Origin: Trichosphaerium sp. ATCC 40318
Taxonomy: Eukaryota; Protista; Tubulinea
Length of the DNA: 64,000 nt
NCBI GenBank assembly: GCA_038496445.1
Contig: JALMLS010000641.1
Span: forward strand, 39,781 to 103,780
Reading direction: 5' to 3'
Shown here one piece after another: positions 39,815 to 52,517 of this stretch. Position numbers and translations under genes: made by a program. The notes below the pieces were generated by a model that saw nothing but the letters and a program-made list of their open reading frames with translations, was not told the origin of the DNA and did not search any database. Each line of letters starts with the position of its first letter. The stretch's first letter is position 1.

Positions 39815-42800
39815 CTACATCATTGTACATTTCCCTTCTTGCTTTGACTTTTCTCTTCCGTAAAACGTAGAACGAGAGCGCTTACGACCTAATGACGAAG
39901 TTTGTGTTAATTTCAGTGAAAATCGGTTTTTCTTAAAGGGTTATAACCGTTTCTAGTACCTTGAGGTGCAACATGTGAAGCCACGCAATGACCGGTATCT
40001 TCATCAAATTGTATTTTGGTGCATAATTTACCAATAAATCTTGTTTTGAATAATTCACGGATTTCTCCAATAAAAGAAGGTATTTGATTCCTGTTCGTTA
40101 GTTTGCTCACAACTGATCCAACAGTTCTCCTTTCTACAAAAAACCTCAGCAATCAAATCACAGCTATATCGCCTCTTAAGCTGTCATATTAAAGATACAT
40201 GTGGAGCACTCATGAAGCTGAATGAACACAAAACAGAAAAAAAACCAAAGCTATTTTGAACTTATTTTCACGTACCGAAATTGATGTTTTTTATAGATGG
40301 TTCTGATGCCCTATGGTTTTTAATGTTATAAATCATCGTATGAATATGATTACTATTCATTCGAACAACGTACTTGAAAATAATACTTTGTTGAAGTGCA
40401 TCCCAAGTTACAACAAAATCAAGTGCGATATAAATTGATCCTCTCTGAATCAGATATGCTCTTGAGAACCTCGAGTTTACTTGTATTATCGGCTTATATT
40501 CGACATAAACTTTAGGGCTATAAAAACATCAGTTGACATTCACTAGAAACGGAAGGTGATACTGTCTTTGAAGATAGTACTTACCTCACAATTCTGATTT
40601 CATTATTTCTTAGCGAGAATGTTAATGGTGATATTATTTTTACTCTTGTTAATGGTGCACTCTCAGATGTTGCTTCAGTAACGTCAAACATTGAGTCAGT
40701 CAAGAAGAATACTTTGGGTATCCATTCTCTAACAAAATGCCTAAAAAGAAAGTGAGACAGGAGCGAACAAGGCGTGTGTTTGTTTTTTTTTGTAGTACAT
40801 TAAGTTGCTTTTGAAGTCACTGAAATTGAAGTCACCACCGACTTCTTGAAGGTCACGCACATGATCTTCAAAATTTGTACTTCCAGTATCACAAATACAA
40901 GGTGAGAAAGTATTTTGTAGCAATCCTGTCAAGTTCCGTGTGACCTAGATGCAGAAATGTTAATTTTTTTGAAAATCATGTTTTTTTGTACGTCGTGCTC
41001 TAACAGTGAGAAGTTACATAAGAATTTGTCTTTCCAATCTCTTTTCATATCGATAATCCATTTATCTACTGCACGTGGTAGAATATGATAACGACCAAAA
41101 GTTGATCTAGCATAATCTACAATACCTAAAAGAAAAAAAGGTTAGAAGGAAAGCAACATACAAATAGCATGTTCTTTACCAACAAGTCTATTATCAGGTT
41201 CAAGAAACTCTTTCAGTATAGGTATTTGTCTGAAATCTTTAGAAGGCTTGATACCAGTTACACGTAATACTTGTGGAACACGAATGAGTGCTAACAAGTA
41301 TCTACAAGTAGAAGTCAGTTTTCTTGAAACGAAACATTGGTTGAGGTTTTTTGTTCGATTTCTTAACGCTGGCGTACTGTTCCAGGTGCGCAAGGCGTTG
41401 CTCAATATAATAGGGATCCAGATTACCAAATATTATCTTGCCAGGGAATGGAGGCACTTTGACATCCCAAGGCAAGAACAACAATAACTAATACAAACAG
41501 TTTATATAAATGATATTTAATCAACTCTTTTTTTGTGAAATCACGTGCCTTTTGATGCAAGCAATCGAATTCACTAAACCTACGTAGTACGTAGTGTTTA
41601 CTGACGTCTTTTGTAACAAGACTTTGTACAACAGTCTCAATCATGTAAGCAACGTGTATATCGTTGTCTCTTGATTTAATAACGTATCCAGGAATAGAAA
41701 TCATCAAGCCTTCACCTTTTTTGATTATTCACACTTTTTCCACTCAAAAAAAAAAACCAAAAAAATATCGTTTTCTTGGCATTCACGTGATTGAGTTACT
41801 GTGGTTTTTTATCTAATTTTGTTCACGTGTATTTGAAGGTAAAAAAATCGAGAAAAGTCGTACTGCGTGATGGTATGATATTGGTTGTTTGTTTGTTTTC
41901 CATATAATTTGGATCCCTATCAGACAAAAGTCATTTTCTCGTTTAGAAACGCTCCTCTTGGATTACAAAATCGTACCCTCTTACACCAAAGTTGCCAACA
42001 CTGAACCCTTTATTTTCGATTGGTTGTATGATAGGCGTTGTGGGCTAGAAACAAATAAAAAAGTTAGTTGGTTTTTTTTTCTGAACAAAAATATACTTAC
42101 ACGTGGAGGTATCCCTGAAATACTTTTACGTCTTGAAGCACGTCCACCAAAACTATGTGATTGATCTATACGCTCTTTATAAATTACTTCTTTATGCTCT
42201 TCAACATGTCTCCAATCAACACCGACTGATTGAGAGGGTTCAATATAACTGTGTAAGAACGTTAAAAAGATGTTACTATTGTTATATCCTTTGTCTTGCC
42301 TATTGTTTCGAGCTCCTTCACGTCTGCTAATTATTGGACTTTCTACTAAAGGGGCATTCATTGTCTTTGATTCTAACGTTTGAGGTCTCAAATCGCGAGA
42401 TGGTGATGTAGTTCTTGTCATTACTACTTCTACTTCTCTAAGGTCATTCATCATGGTATCCTAAAGTGGTAAGCTTATAATAACATCAACACCTTGCATA
42501 CGGCATTAAGTTCCTCAGGGATAACCAACACTATTTCTGCACCATCTTCGCTACCTTGTGCTGCAGAAAGCGTAGGTGTACCTGAACGGCAGTTAAAAGA
42601 GATGAAGCTAGATTGGGTTTTTTCATTCATATCATTCGCTGAAACTTACCCCTTCGTGTCAGTGAATGACTGCCTACTAGAAAGTCGAAAAGATCAGATA
42701 CTGTAACGTATCCACCTCGTCCAATATTTGAATTTCCTTGTAAAACATATGAAACCAATCTAGCAAAAGTGGACACACCAGAACCTTCTGTCTAAATGTT

Positions 42801-43955
42801 TTTGTTAATCCAAAAATAAATTCTTCAAAGGTAGTTTTCACTTGCACTAACCTCGCCAGGGCTTCCTGCAGTGAGTACTAAACGTGCAGATTTATCAATT
42901 CTTGTCTTTGTCCATTTCTCGTCCCGTATTAGAGTGTTTCTTCTTGCACCACTGAGAAGTTTTGTCTTTGGGTCCATGGTAAACGCTAGACAGGACGAAG
43001 TTTAATTGATACATATAGATAACATGGTGCACTTAGAGAACGCAAAGTACATCATTTGAGTAAACCATTTGCAAAAAAAGAAGAAACAATTTCAGCCTTT
43101 TAAGGCTAGAAGAAATACCTGTAAGTTGACAGTTCATCAAAAATAGCACGTGCATTGCTTTCAAATACTTAGAAATTGTTAGCAAGGCGCTTTGATATAT
43201 TAAACAAACCTCATTGGACCACTTTATCAACTCAGTAACAGATATTAAGGAACTCTTGTCGAGTGGTGATCCATCATAAGGTACTAAAAAACTTTCTCCT
43301 AAATGCAAGTTTTAGTTCGAATACATTCACTAAATAGTAGGTTCATACCCACGCCTTTATCATTCTCCATAGTGTATCCATGTCCAGAGAAATATATCTA
43401 ACAATTCTGGTATTAAAACACGTGATAAATGATGTGCAAACTTTTAACTAACCGTAAGCATGTCCTCGTTTTGGATCTGATCTGGAATGCGTTTCATAGC
43501 GCTCATAATAGCTTCCTTTGTAGCATTTTCCTCTTGAGACATTACTTTAAGCGTGATACAACGAAAATTGTTCATACCTTTCAAAACAATCAGGTGCGAT
43601 TCATCTTTAATACCAGTGCTCTCTAAGCACTCTTTAATCTCTGTAACATCACCCAACGCCTTTTACTTGGTTGTAAGCCAAAAAATAAAAAAGTTACTGT
43701 GTATTTTCTATTTCAATCAATTCACGTGATAGGGGTTTTTATCACGTGTTTTTTACCTTGTCGTTTGGTGGAAACTCTAAATAACCGCGTATACCAATTA
43801 CTATTGCGAATCTCTTTCTATAGACATCAGAGGCACTATGTGTATGTTCTGGATGCTCCTAAGTTGTTATTTAAGGATTTGTTTGACAAAAAAAGGGTTT
43901 AACATGCTATGTTACGTAGGTTTGTTTAATTTTTTTATGTACATACATAGGCCAT
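39815..43955 (-). CDS. Caspase-fold (C14) pseudo-peptidase + PX domain + C-terminal CaaX protein
   Basis: YRKRFAIVIGIRGY..ALGDVTEI..NATKEAIM..IYFSGHG..FLVPYD..HVLFLMNCQLTG..RLVLTAG. PX: HVAYMI..VLRRFSEFDCLH..PPFPGK..IEQRLAHLEQYL. Ends GKCTMM*. A single-gene model needs inferred splices at about 41720-41990. Confidence 0.75.
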
Positions 43956-44289
43956 CTTTTTTGTCAGATAGTGTCACCGCCACAATACTCCGCCTTGTTA
44001 CACTTGTAGTTTTTGTTCGTAAAAATATTGACAGTGTCAAATGTGTTAAGCAATGTTCTTTACGATGAATTGAAGACTCCTTTGAAGTACTATTACATAC
44101 GAGCTAGTTATACGATAGTTTATACCTCTATAATGTAGTACAACTGACGTGAGAGTAGCGCTGAGCAATCTTTGTGAAGGAAAGATGACACATCGGAATA
44201 TGACACGTACTTTTCGCTTTGGTTAAATAAAATATCCCAAAGACATGGAAACGAACAAGGCGTTGATTGTTGTACATGCGTTGTTATTT

Positions 44290-45484
44290 TTAAATATCAT
44301 CGTCGTAATCGTAGCGATCAACTGGAGGTACCATTTGGTAACCGTCTTTTTGGACACGTGTCCAGAAGAATAAGCCAAGAGCAGTAGCAATACCAATACC
44401 CAAAAGAGATAGGATAATTAAAAGAGCAATGCCAGTACCTGGTATACCTAGATAGTTACGTTAGAGAGTTTGATTACCAAACAAAGCTTGAGTTAATTAC
44501 CATGGTGGTGTTTCTTTGAGGAAGGATTTGATGGTGAGTCTGTAGCGGATGGTTCTTTTGTGGGTGAAAATGGAGCAACTGGCGGAGGTGCTTCTGTTGG
44601 TGCTTGTGGAGGTTTTGAAGGAGGCTTTGTTGGTTCTCTTGTAGGTGCTACTGGTATTAGAGTCGTTGGTGCTAACGTGGTAGGTGGTGGCGACGTTGGT
44701 GTTGTAGTTGGTGTTAACGTTGTAGGAGATAGTGTTGTTGGCGCCAGAGTAGTTGGTGGCGCTGTTGTTGGTACCAGAGTAGTTGGTAGTGTTGTGGGAG
44801 CTACAGTTGTTGGTGCTAAAGTGGTCGGTGGTGGCGACGTTGGTGTTGTTGTAGTTGGTGCTAACGTTGTAGGAGATAGTGTTGTTGGCGCCAGAGTAGT
44901 TGGTGGTGCTGTGGGGGCTACAGTTGTTGGTGGTAATGATGTCGGTGCTGTTGTGGTTGGTGACAGAGTTGTAGGTACGCGAGTTGGGGGTGGAGTTGGC
45001 GATGATGTTGTTGGTGACGTTGTTGTAGGGGTGTGGGTGGTAGGTGTTGCAGTTGGTGCTACAGGCGCAAGGGTTGGTGGTGATGTTGTAGGAGCATGTG
45101 TGGTTGGCATAAGTGTTGTCGGCACTGGTGTTGGCTGCATTGTGGGCATGAGTGTAGATGGTGCCATCGTGCTGGGTGGAAGCGTTGTACTGAGGGTAGC
45201 AGCGCTATCTAAGCTATGTCCTAGTGTTCTAACAGGCTTAAAGTGGCTTTGGACACTCTGAGAAACATAGCTGGTGGATTTATCTGAACTACGCGTGGTG
45301 GCGTATTTAGAAGCTAACTTCATCAGATTTACCGTTATTGATACCAGAAACTTGGGAAAGTACCTTCAGTCGCCTTTAATGAATTGAAGGACTCCTCTGT
45401 AGCAATTTGTAAACAATTAGAATGATGCAGAACGCATAGAATGTAGAATAGTGTGAATAGCGCTATTTGAGCATAATGAGGCAT
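44290..45484 (-). CDS. Mucin-like Thr/Pro-rich type I membrane glycoprotein
   Basis: Signal-like MPHYAQIALFTLFYILCVL; PTTLAPTT repeats (ORF 44493-45323); TM segment GIALLIILSLLGIGIATALGLFFW; tail DGYQMVPPVDRYDYDDDI*. Confidence 0.85.
44640..45190 (-). repeat. Degenerate coding tandem repeats (PTTxxPTT) with a near-identical ~80-bp internal duplication
   Basis: The segment at ~44683-44760 is repeated at ~44827-44907 with a few substitutions and one 3-nt indel. Confidence 0.85.
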
Positions 45485-45656
45485 TTGTTATGTAATGAGG
45501 TGCATTGAATGGCGTTTAAAAAACTACATAAAGTCAAGGCGAATCATACATTTGGTTGTAGTCTTTAACGTTGTTACGAAGGTACCACCATTCCAGAGGT
45601 TATCCCTCTTTGGCCATGCGCCTAACGCGCTCAATACCTACGTATTAAAAAAAGAA

Positions 45657-48600
45657 ATGAGCGACAAAAATGAAGGAGAGTCTCCTGTCGAACAAGACCC
45701 CAGGTTAATATAGATTTTTTGATATACGTTAATGGAATTAAAGAACACAACGGAGGAAAGCTTCAAAGGACAAAAAGGCCAGGAAGGACCGTAAACGAGC
45801 GAGGACAGCTAATGAAACGGTTTTCGACAAAATAGACTTTAAACACAGACCCAGTACAGGCAAACGATGACAAACCGCGACGTAAATACGTTATAAATAA
45901 CACTATTACAATAGGATGGGTTTCTGCTGCACCTAAACTTGAATCTGGGGAAGAAGGATCACTAGACAATCAAAAGCAGGTGCGTTAGCAAATATACATT
46001 GTAGACAAGCAATGGTTTTTATTTCAAAAAAATACCCTTTCGGCGTACCAACCAAAAATTATTAGAAACGGATAGAAGCTGGTGTACAAGTAGGCCCTAC
46101 TTTTGGAGTTGCTAGACTAAGCGCTTTAAACGAAGATACACAAGCAACAATCCTAATAAAATTCGGGTACTGTACTGTTACAACAATTGGCAACATCGAA
46201 TTTCCATACTATTTACAAATCCTTTTGGTTTGGCGTTCGATTGTTAACGTATTTTAAAATAACAGAGAAAGAAAACGTGCACGCTCAGGAGGTGCTAAAT
46301 CTAATAAGACGATCACTTCATTGGGATGGCTTGAAGTTGAACAACAACAGAGAGATATTGGTACATATTTTTATCTATTTGTTGACGTTGGTGAAGAGGA
46401 TTCAGTTATTTTATTGAAATGTTTGAACGATATTCTTTTTTTTGTTTAACTTTTCTTGTAGACCTTTCTATATCTTTTGAAGATGACACAGAAGAGGATG
46501 AAGGTCTATATGAGGATAGTATATTCGTTAACGGTCTAGGTATGAAGGTGGTTCCTCTTTTTTTCATTTTTTCACTTGAGGCCAAGTGTTTTTTTTTGTT
46601 TGATTCGTTGGCGACTGATTGTTTGATAAATAGGCTTCCTGAATTTTTATAAAATGGATCAATTCACAGACGCTATTCTTGGTACATTCCTACTCTTCTT
46701 TTGCGATGTTTTTGATATTTTTTTATTATTTTCTTTATTGTATTTTATCCGTCTAATGTCTTATACTTTACTGTAGAGCTCCAAAACTCTGTACAATTTA
46801 AAGTACATAAATTAATACTTGCGTACAGTTCTGGCTACTTTTTGAAGTACTTCACTGCACAAGGTACCTACAAATTAAGAAATGAAAGCATCCACTTTTA
46901 GCTCCAGTCGTCTTTTTTTCTTGGCTTTTTGACATTTTTTCCAGAACGCAAAGCGGAAGCAGAAGGGACTACAAGGGATATTGTAGATGGTAACTGCTAT
47001 AAAAGGTGTATAGCCGCATTCTAATGCTTAAAATTAGATGGTGAACTGGATGTTATTAAAGTGAACTTTAATGGACCCACTGAAGTGTTTAGTTCTATTA
47101 TTAATTACTTCTACACTGGTACGATATTATTCTTTTAAGCGTACTCGTATTATTGAGTTCCTAATACCCATACACACTCGTGAAATCTTTAAAATGACTT
47201 AACAAAAACGCTAGAACTTAAGATTGGCTCACTATTTTTTTTTCCGTCTTTCTGCTATGGTTGTAGTCTCTTTACTAAACGGATTTTTGTATAGGTGATA
47301 TAAAGGTTACAAATGATAACGTTATACCCATTTGGGTACTTGCAGAGAGTTATGATATACCCACACTACGGAAGAAAGTAACAATTTATGTTCGGAATAA
47401 TCTTGAGCGTACAAATGCAGTGCCAATGCTGCGACATGTTATAAAGTGAGTAACAGAAAATCTCATTATTATCAATAGGTGTTAAGTATTGTTTATTAAT
47501 TAATTCATCTTAGGTTTAATGTAAAGGATCAGCAACTCATCAGTCGATGTGTTCATAAGATTGCAAGAAACTTTTGTTACATCTATGATGAGGATTATCG
47601 AGATATTCCTTACTCTATTTTTTATGATATTATTTCACATCGAAGGCTTGCCTTAAAGGGCGAGTGGTTCTTGTATAACACCACAAAAATGTATATTTCA
47701 CACACAAAATTGAGCAACGAGGTACGTACATAAGCGGATGCGAAGAGCAACTTCCAAGTGGTCTTTTTTATGTGGTTTTTAATTTTTCTCTCCACACGTT
47801 TTTCTTCTAACCCCTTGTTATAGAAAACACAAAAGCTTTTTGAGCAAGTACGCTATCGATTTATGAAGTATGATCAGCTTGCAAAAGTCCATAAAGAAGG
47901 ATTTGTTGCTGAACGATACTTGCTTGAAGCTGCTATGATGCGACTAAGGTACTCTTTCATTTTGTGTCTTCGTGTATGTCTTCTTATTTTTACTATAGGC
48001 GTTTAGAACAACCTGCTGCAGGACCTCCATCGAGCCTACCCGCATTCTTACAACCAAGACCGGAACACTTTGTGGATCTGGTATACAACAAAGACAACGA
48101 CCACTTTTTTAAAGGAATCATTTGGTACGATGAAAAAACCAATCCTGGTTCGTAGTGTTAACTTATTATAGGTGGATTGCTACAAATTATGGTAGATATG
48201 ATAAAGATGGTAACGTTGAATGGAAGAATCCTCATGAAGCACAACGTGTAGTTGTGGAATCTTCACCTCTTTCAAAAGGTAAGAAAATTCTTTAACTTTT
48301 TGTCCAACAACGTTTCTTTACTTGATACCTTTAATACTTGACTCTGTGCATCTTAAAAGATTACATACATGTTCTGATTTTGTTTTAAAGGTAAAGTATC
48401 AACGTTAGCGGATAGAGAAAAGGCAGAAATTTGGACACAAGATGTGCCTTGTGCTTGGTTTTCAATAGATTTTGGTGAAAATCGAAAAATTGTACCAAGC
48501 AAGTACAGTCTTCGTCACGGAGGTAATTGGAAGGCGGATGCTATACGTAGATGGGAACTTCAAGGTACATAACATATCTTAAAATAAATGTACTCACAAG

Positions 48601-49055
48601 AGTACCAACACTGTGCAATGTGATCTTTGTTTTCTCATTTTTTTCTTTTCTCAAGGTTCACAAGATGGAGAACATTGGGATATTCTTAAGAGACATGATC
48701 ATGATGTCTCACTTAACTCACCTTTTGCTGAACATACTTGGAATCTTGGTAATGTTACAAAACCTTATAGGTTCTTCAAGTACGCCTCTACGCTTCAGTT
48801 CTTTGTCTTTGTTTTTTTTTCTTCATTACATTTTTTATCTTTACTGTGTGGTTGTTTTTTAATTGCAAGGCAGTACAAACGATACCACCACAAGTCATTA
48901 TGTTTATAGAGTCACTCCAACTAACTCTTTTTTTTAACAGGGTGCTGCAAACAGGTAAAAATAGTTCACATCGTAATTTTTTGGTTTTGAGTGGTTTCGA
49001 ATTTTTTGGTCGTCTCTTTGATTCCACAAATGATCATGATTACTCTAATCCTTAA
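45657..49055 (+). CDS. BTB/POZ-BACK protein with a C-terminal discoidin/galactose-binding-like domain (HECTD1 / At2g30600-like)
   Basis: FKVHKLILAYSSGYF, FSSIINYFYTG and QVRYRFM; C-terminal KGIIWWIAT..WKNPH..WFSIDFG..YSLRHG..WELQGSQDGEHW..H..YRFF..LSGFEFFG. Confidence 0.88.
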
Positions 49056-49592
49056 AAAAAAAGAAACATAAAGAAAGAAAGGGTAATTAGGATCATAGAA
49101 AATAATAATTAAAAACAAAACCTGTTGTACATAATTGTAACAAAAAAATAAAAATAAAATGAAAGAAAAAGTACATTATTTGGTTTCTAAAACAAGACGT
49201 ACGCATACTACAAGAATTCATACACAGTACCGGTATTGTTCGAGTGGTAAATGTACAAAGTATTATCTGAGGATACCACAACAGTCAATTTGTTGCAATC
49301 AAAGTCTGTTTAAAACCTTTGATTTTCGTTATATTATTTTCAACTTTATTCATCAAAAACATAAACAGCGGGTGCCTGGTAACCCTTTTTACTGCATAAT
49401 AACCAAACATGGAATATACAAGTACGTTACAGTAAGAATGATTGCTTTTTTGTTCTTTTGTTGTTAGAACAACTCAATCGCATAAAAATTACGCTTCTAC
49501 GCGTGAAGTGGTTACACTGAACCTATTTGAATGATTTTACAGTTTAGCTAACTTTTTTTGCTTTTACTCACTCTAACTGCTTCACACAATAG

Positions 49593-50822
49593 CTGTCGTT
49601 ATAGATAATGGCTCTGATATGATAAAAGCCGGTTTCTCAGGAGAAGAACCAAAAGCAATCTTTCCAGCCTTTGTAGGTCGCGAGTATGGTAAACATGGAG
49701 GGCGCCCATATGTCGGTGTCGAAGCGGTATCTAAACATGGTAGAACCACAGTAACAAGACCAACAAATCGTGGCGTTATAGCCAACATGGACGATATGCA
49801 AAGCGTATGGCAGCATACTTTTTATAGCGAACTCCGTGTTGAGCCAGAAGATCACCCTGTTCTCCTTACAGTAGCTCCACTTAGTCCAAAAGCAAATAGG
49901 TCAAAATTCCATTCCAACTTTTTGTTTAAACTGACATTGTATTTGTTCAGAGAAAAAATGACAGAAATTATGTTTGAGACGTTTAAAATACCTGGTGTGT
50001 ACGTAACAATACCACAAGTACTATCTTTATTCGCTTCTGGGCGAACAACAGGTATGTAAACAACAGTACAAACACTTCTGTAAGACTAATTTAAAAAAAA
50101 AAAGTGAATACTTGTTGAATCTTTGTTTAGGCATTGTTCTTGATTCTGGTTTTGACCTCACTCATGCTGTACCAATATATGAAGGCCATGCTATTAATCA
50201 TGCTATATCGCGTATAAGCCTAGGTGGTTATGATCTAGGTAAATACTTTAGGAAGTTACTCAATGAAAATGGTAAATCTTTCCCTTTCGACATGAATTGG
50301 CATGGACTTGAGCATACTATAGCTCGTCACTTAAGAGAAAAACTCTGTTATGTTGCTCTGGACTCTGAGAAGGAGACTATAAAAGAAATCTCATCAGATT
50401 CTCTTAACAATGACTATGGTTGTGGTAATGATTTTACATCTCCTATTGGTGCCGAACTTTTTAAGTGCCCAGAAGCTCTATTCAAACCTTCTTTGATTGA
50501 ATTAAAATCACAAGGGATACACGAACTGATAAACAACTCAATTAAGACATGTGACTCTGATCTACATAAGGAGATGTATGGTAATATTATACTATCAGGT
50601 GCAAACACAATGTTTGATGGTATTGATAAGCGTTTGGACAAGGACTTATCTCCTATTGCTTCTACTGATATGAAGGTAAATATTATTGCTCCTAGTGATA
50701 GAAAGCAATCTGCATGGATTGGAGGCTCTATTATTGCTTCCTTACCTAGTTTTTGTGATAAGTTAATGACAAAAGAAGAATATGACGAGTATGGCTCATC
50801 TGTTCTTGTTAAGTGCTTATAA
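49593..50822 (+). CDS. Divergent actin / actin-related protein (5' exons upstream of 49593 unresolved)
   Basis: [74 protein letters not shown] and [10 protein letters not shown]. Confidence 0.92.
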
Positions 50823-51815
50823 GTAAGTACTATTACTATCACGTGTTCTTTTGTTGACGGATAAAAAACGCTTTGCTGGTTAGTAAATAGCTTATTGGTA
50901 TCATTCAGAATAAAGTTGAGGAAGCAAAGCTATACTCCTGACGTATTTATTTAATTCCCTCCCGGAGTTTTATTTTTTCACGTTCCAATTGAGTGTTGTA
51001 TTTTTGTTGAGTTAAACCAATCAATTAGCAATTTTTATTGATCATTTCTTAGCTTTGTAGGTAATATTTGTGTACTACTATTACCTTGATATAGCGAATA
51101 TATTAACAAGACACGTTAGTGAGTCCATAACCTTTACGAACTCGAAATAACCTAAACAAGACTAAGCCAAAAACAAAAGTAAAAATAAAACATAAATACC
51201 GTCTGTACTTGGATCCCATAATGCGCTATGACAAGTATGGTACCCTCCATCTGTTGCTGGGATCATTGTTACTTTGACTATTGGTACTATGAGACAAAGT
51301 GACGCTATGGGTACTTCACTGTGTACCAATAAATTTGTGCATTTGCGAAACTTCTGGTAGCTTCCTTAACAGTGAACCAGTAATGTCTTCAATCCACTGT
51401 TTCGCCTTTATAGTTGTTTAGCTATTACACTAAGTCGTTTGACGCAAAACCGCACTTGTCCTGGGTGATACCTGTCGACTTTGTCTAAAACTGAGCTGGC
51501 TACCTATATTTCGCGTTAAATTTAAAAACTAACACGTGATTAACTCACTTGTTGGAGTACAGGCATCAAATCGTGTTTATTTATCTGTGTTATCTTTGTA
51601 GGCTCTACAGCAGCGCTGTTATCTACTTCCGCCATCACTATCGAATAAACAAAGCCGGACTAAATAAATAATAATAAAAGGCAGCTCAAAAAAGTCAACT
51701 GCATTCTCCGTTCCAATTTTTAGCAAAAGAAGAATTCGTGTTGTAGCCCGAAAAGGCAGCTTCATATTTCTTTTTTTTGCATAACAGGCACTCCATACAT
51801 TACCTGGGTAATGCC

Positions 51816-52317
51816 ATGAGTAGCTCATATCAAAGAAGTAAGCGTAGAAGACGAAATGCAGAAATAGATTCTGAGGTGACGTTCTAACTATCGCCTAAAA
51901 CAATAACTGATAGCTAGAGTATAGGAAATAAAGCCATTAGAACCTGCGAGAAACAAATATCATTACTTCAATCTGTTTATAAACGAAACAGAGGCTGAAG
52001 AGCCAAAACGAGGTTGCAGCGCACCTAGAACACATTGTATTTTATGCACGCAGCGTATTGAAGCGTCAAATATGATTGTATGTGAAACATGCGAAGATGT
52101 CGATTACGACGTTTGTTCATCATGTCAAGGTCTAAGAGTTTGCCAATCATGTGGTGTGGTTGTTTGTAGAGACTGTGCGCTTTGTGATATAGCTTTTGAG
52201 TGTGCACATTGTGAGGTATTTACTTGTACTTCATGTGATGTTGGAAATGCATGTTTATGTTGTAAAAAAGAAGTTTGTAGCTCATGTGCAATTCATTGTA
52301 TGCGCTTCACGATATAA
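51816..52317 (+). CDS. Small Cys-rich protein with tandem CxxC pairs and a basic N-terminus
   Basis: MSSSYQRSKRRRRNAEIDSE/EIKP...CILC..CETC..CSSC..CQSC..CRDC..CAHC..CTSC..CLCC..CSSC; one GT-AG intron. Confidence 0.7.
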
Positions 52318-52517
52318 CACCACTTACTACTATAAACAGCCTATAATTGTAACGATACGAGTAAAAACAATAAATGTACAACAGCACTAAAATCAAAAAA
52401 AACTCAAGTTGTCAGTTGACAAAAACGTTTTGATCTTGTTAACAACTTAACTTGTATTCATGAAATACATGGACGTACTTAAAGTCAGTTTGTTTTATTA
52501 TTTTACACGTGTATTGT

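Noticed and set aside
44560-45261. 233-aa Gly/Val-rich ORF on the + strand
   Set aside because: Antisense shadow of the Thr/Pro repeat exon, which has a signal peptide and TM segment on the - strand.
51200-51566. Possible minus-strand CH-domain-like gene (AKQWIEDITG)
   Set aside because: Downstream exons gave no consistent calponin-homology sequence.
51795-51815. ATACATTACCTGG U1-like string and CATTACC/GGTAATG hairpin
   Set aside because: No other U1 elements; it lies immediately before a coding ATG.
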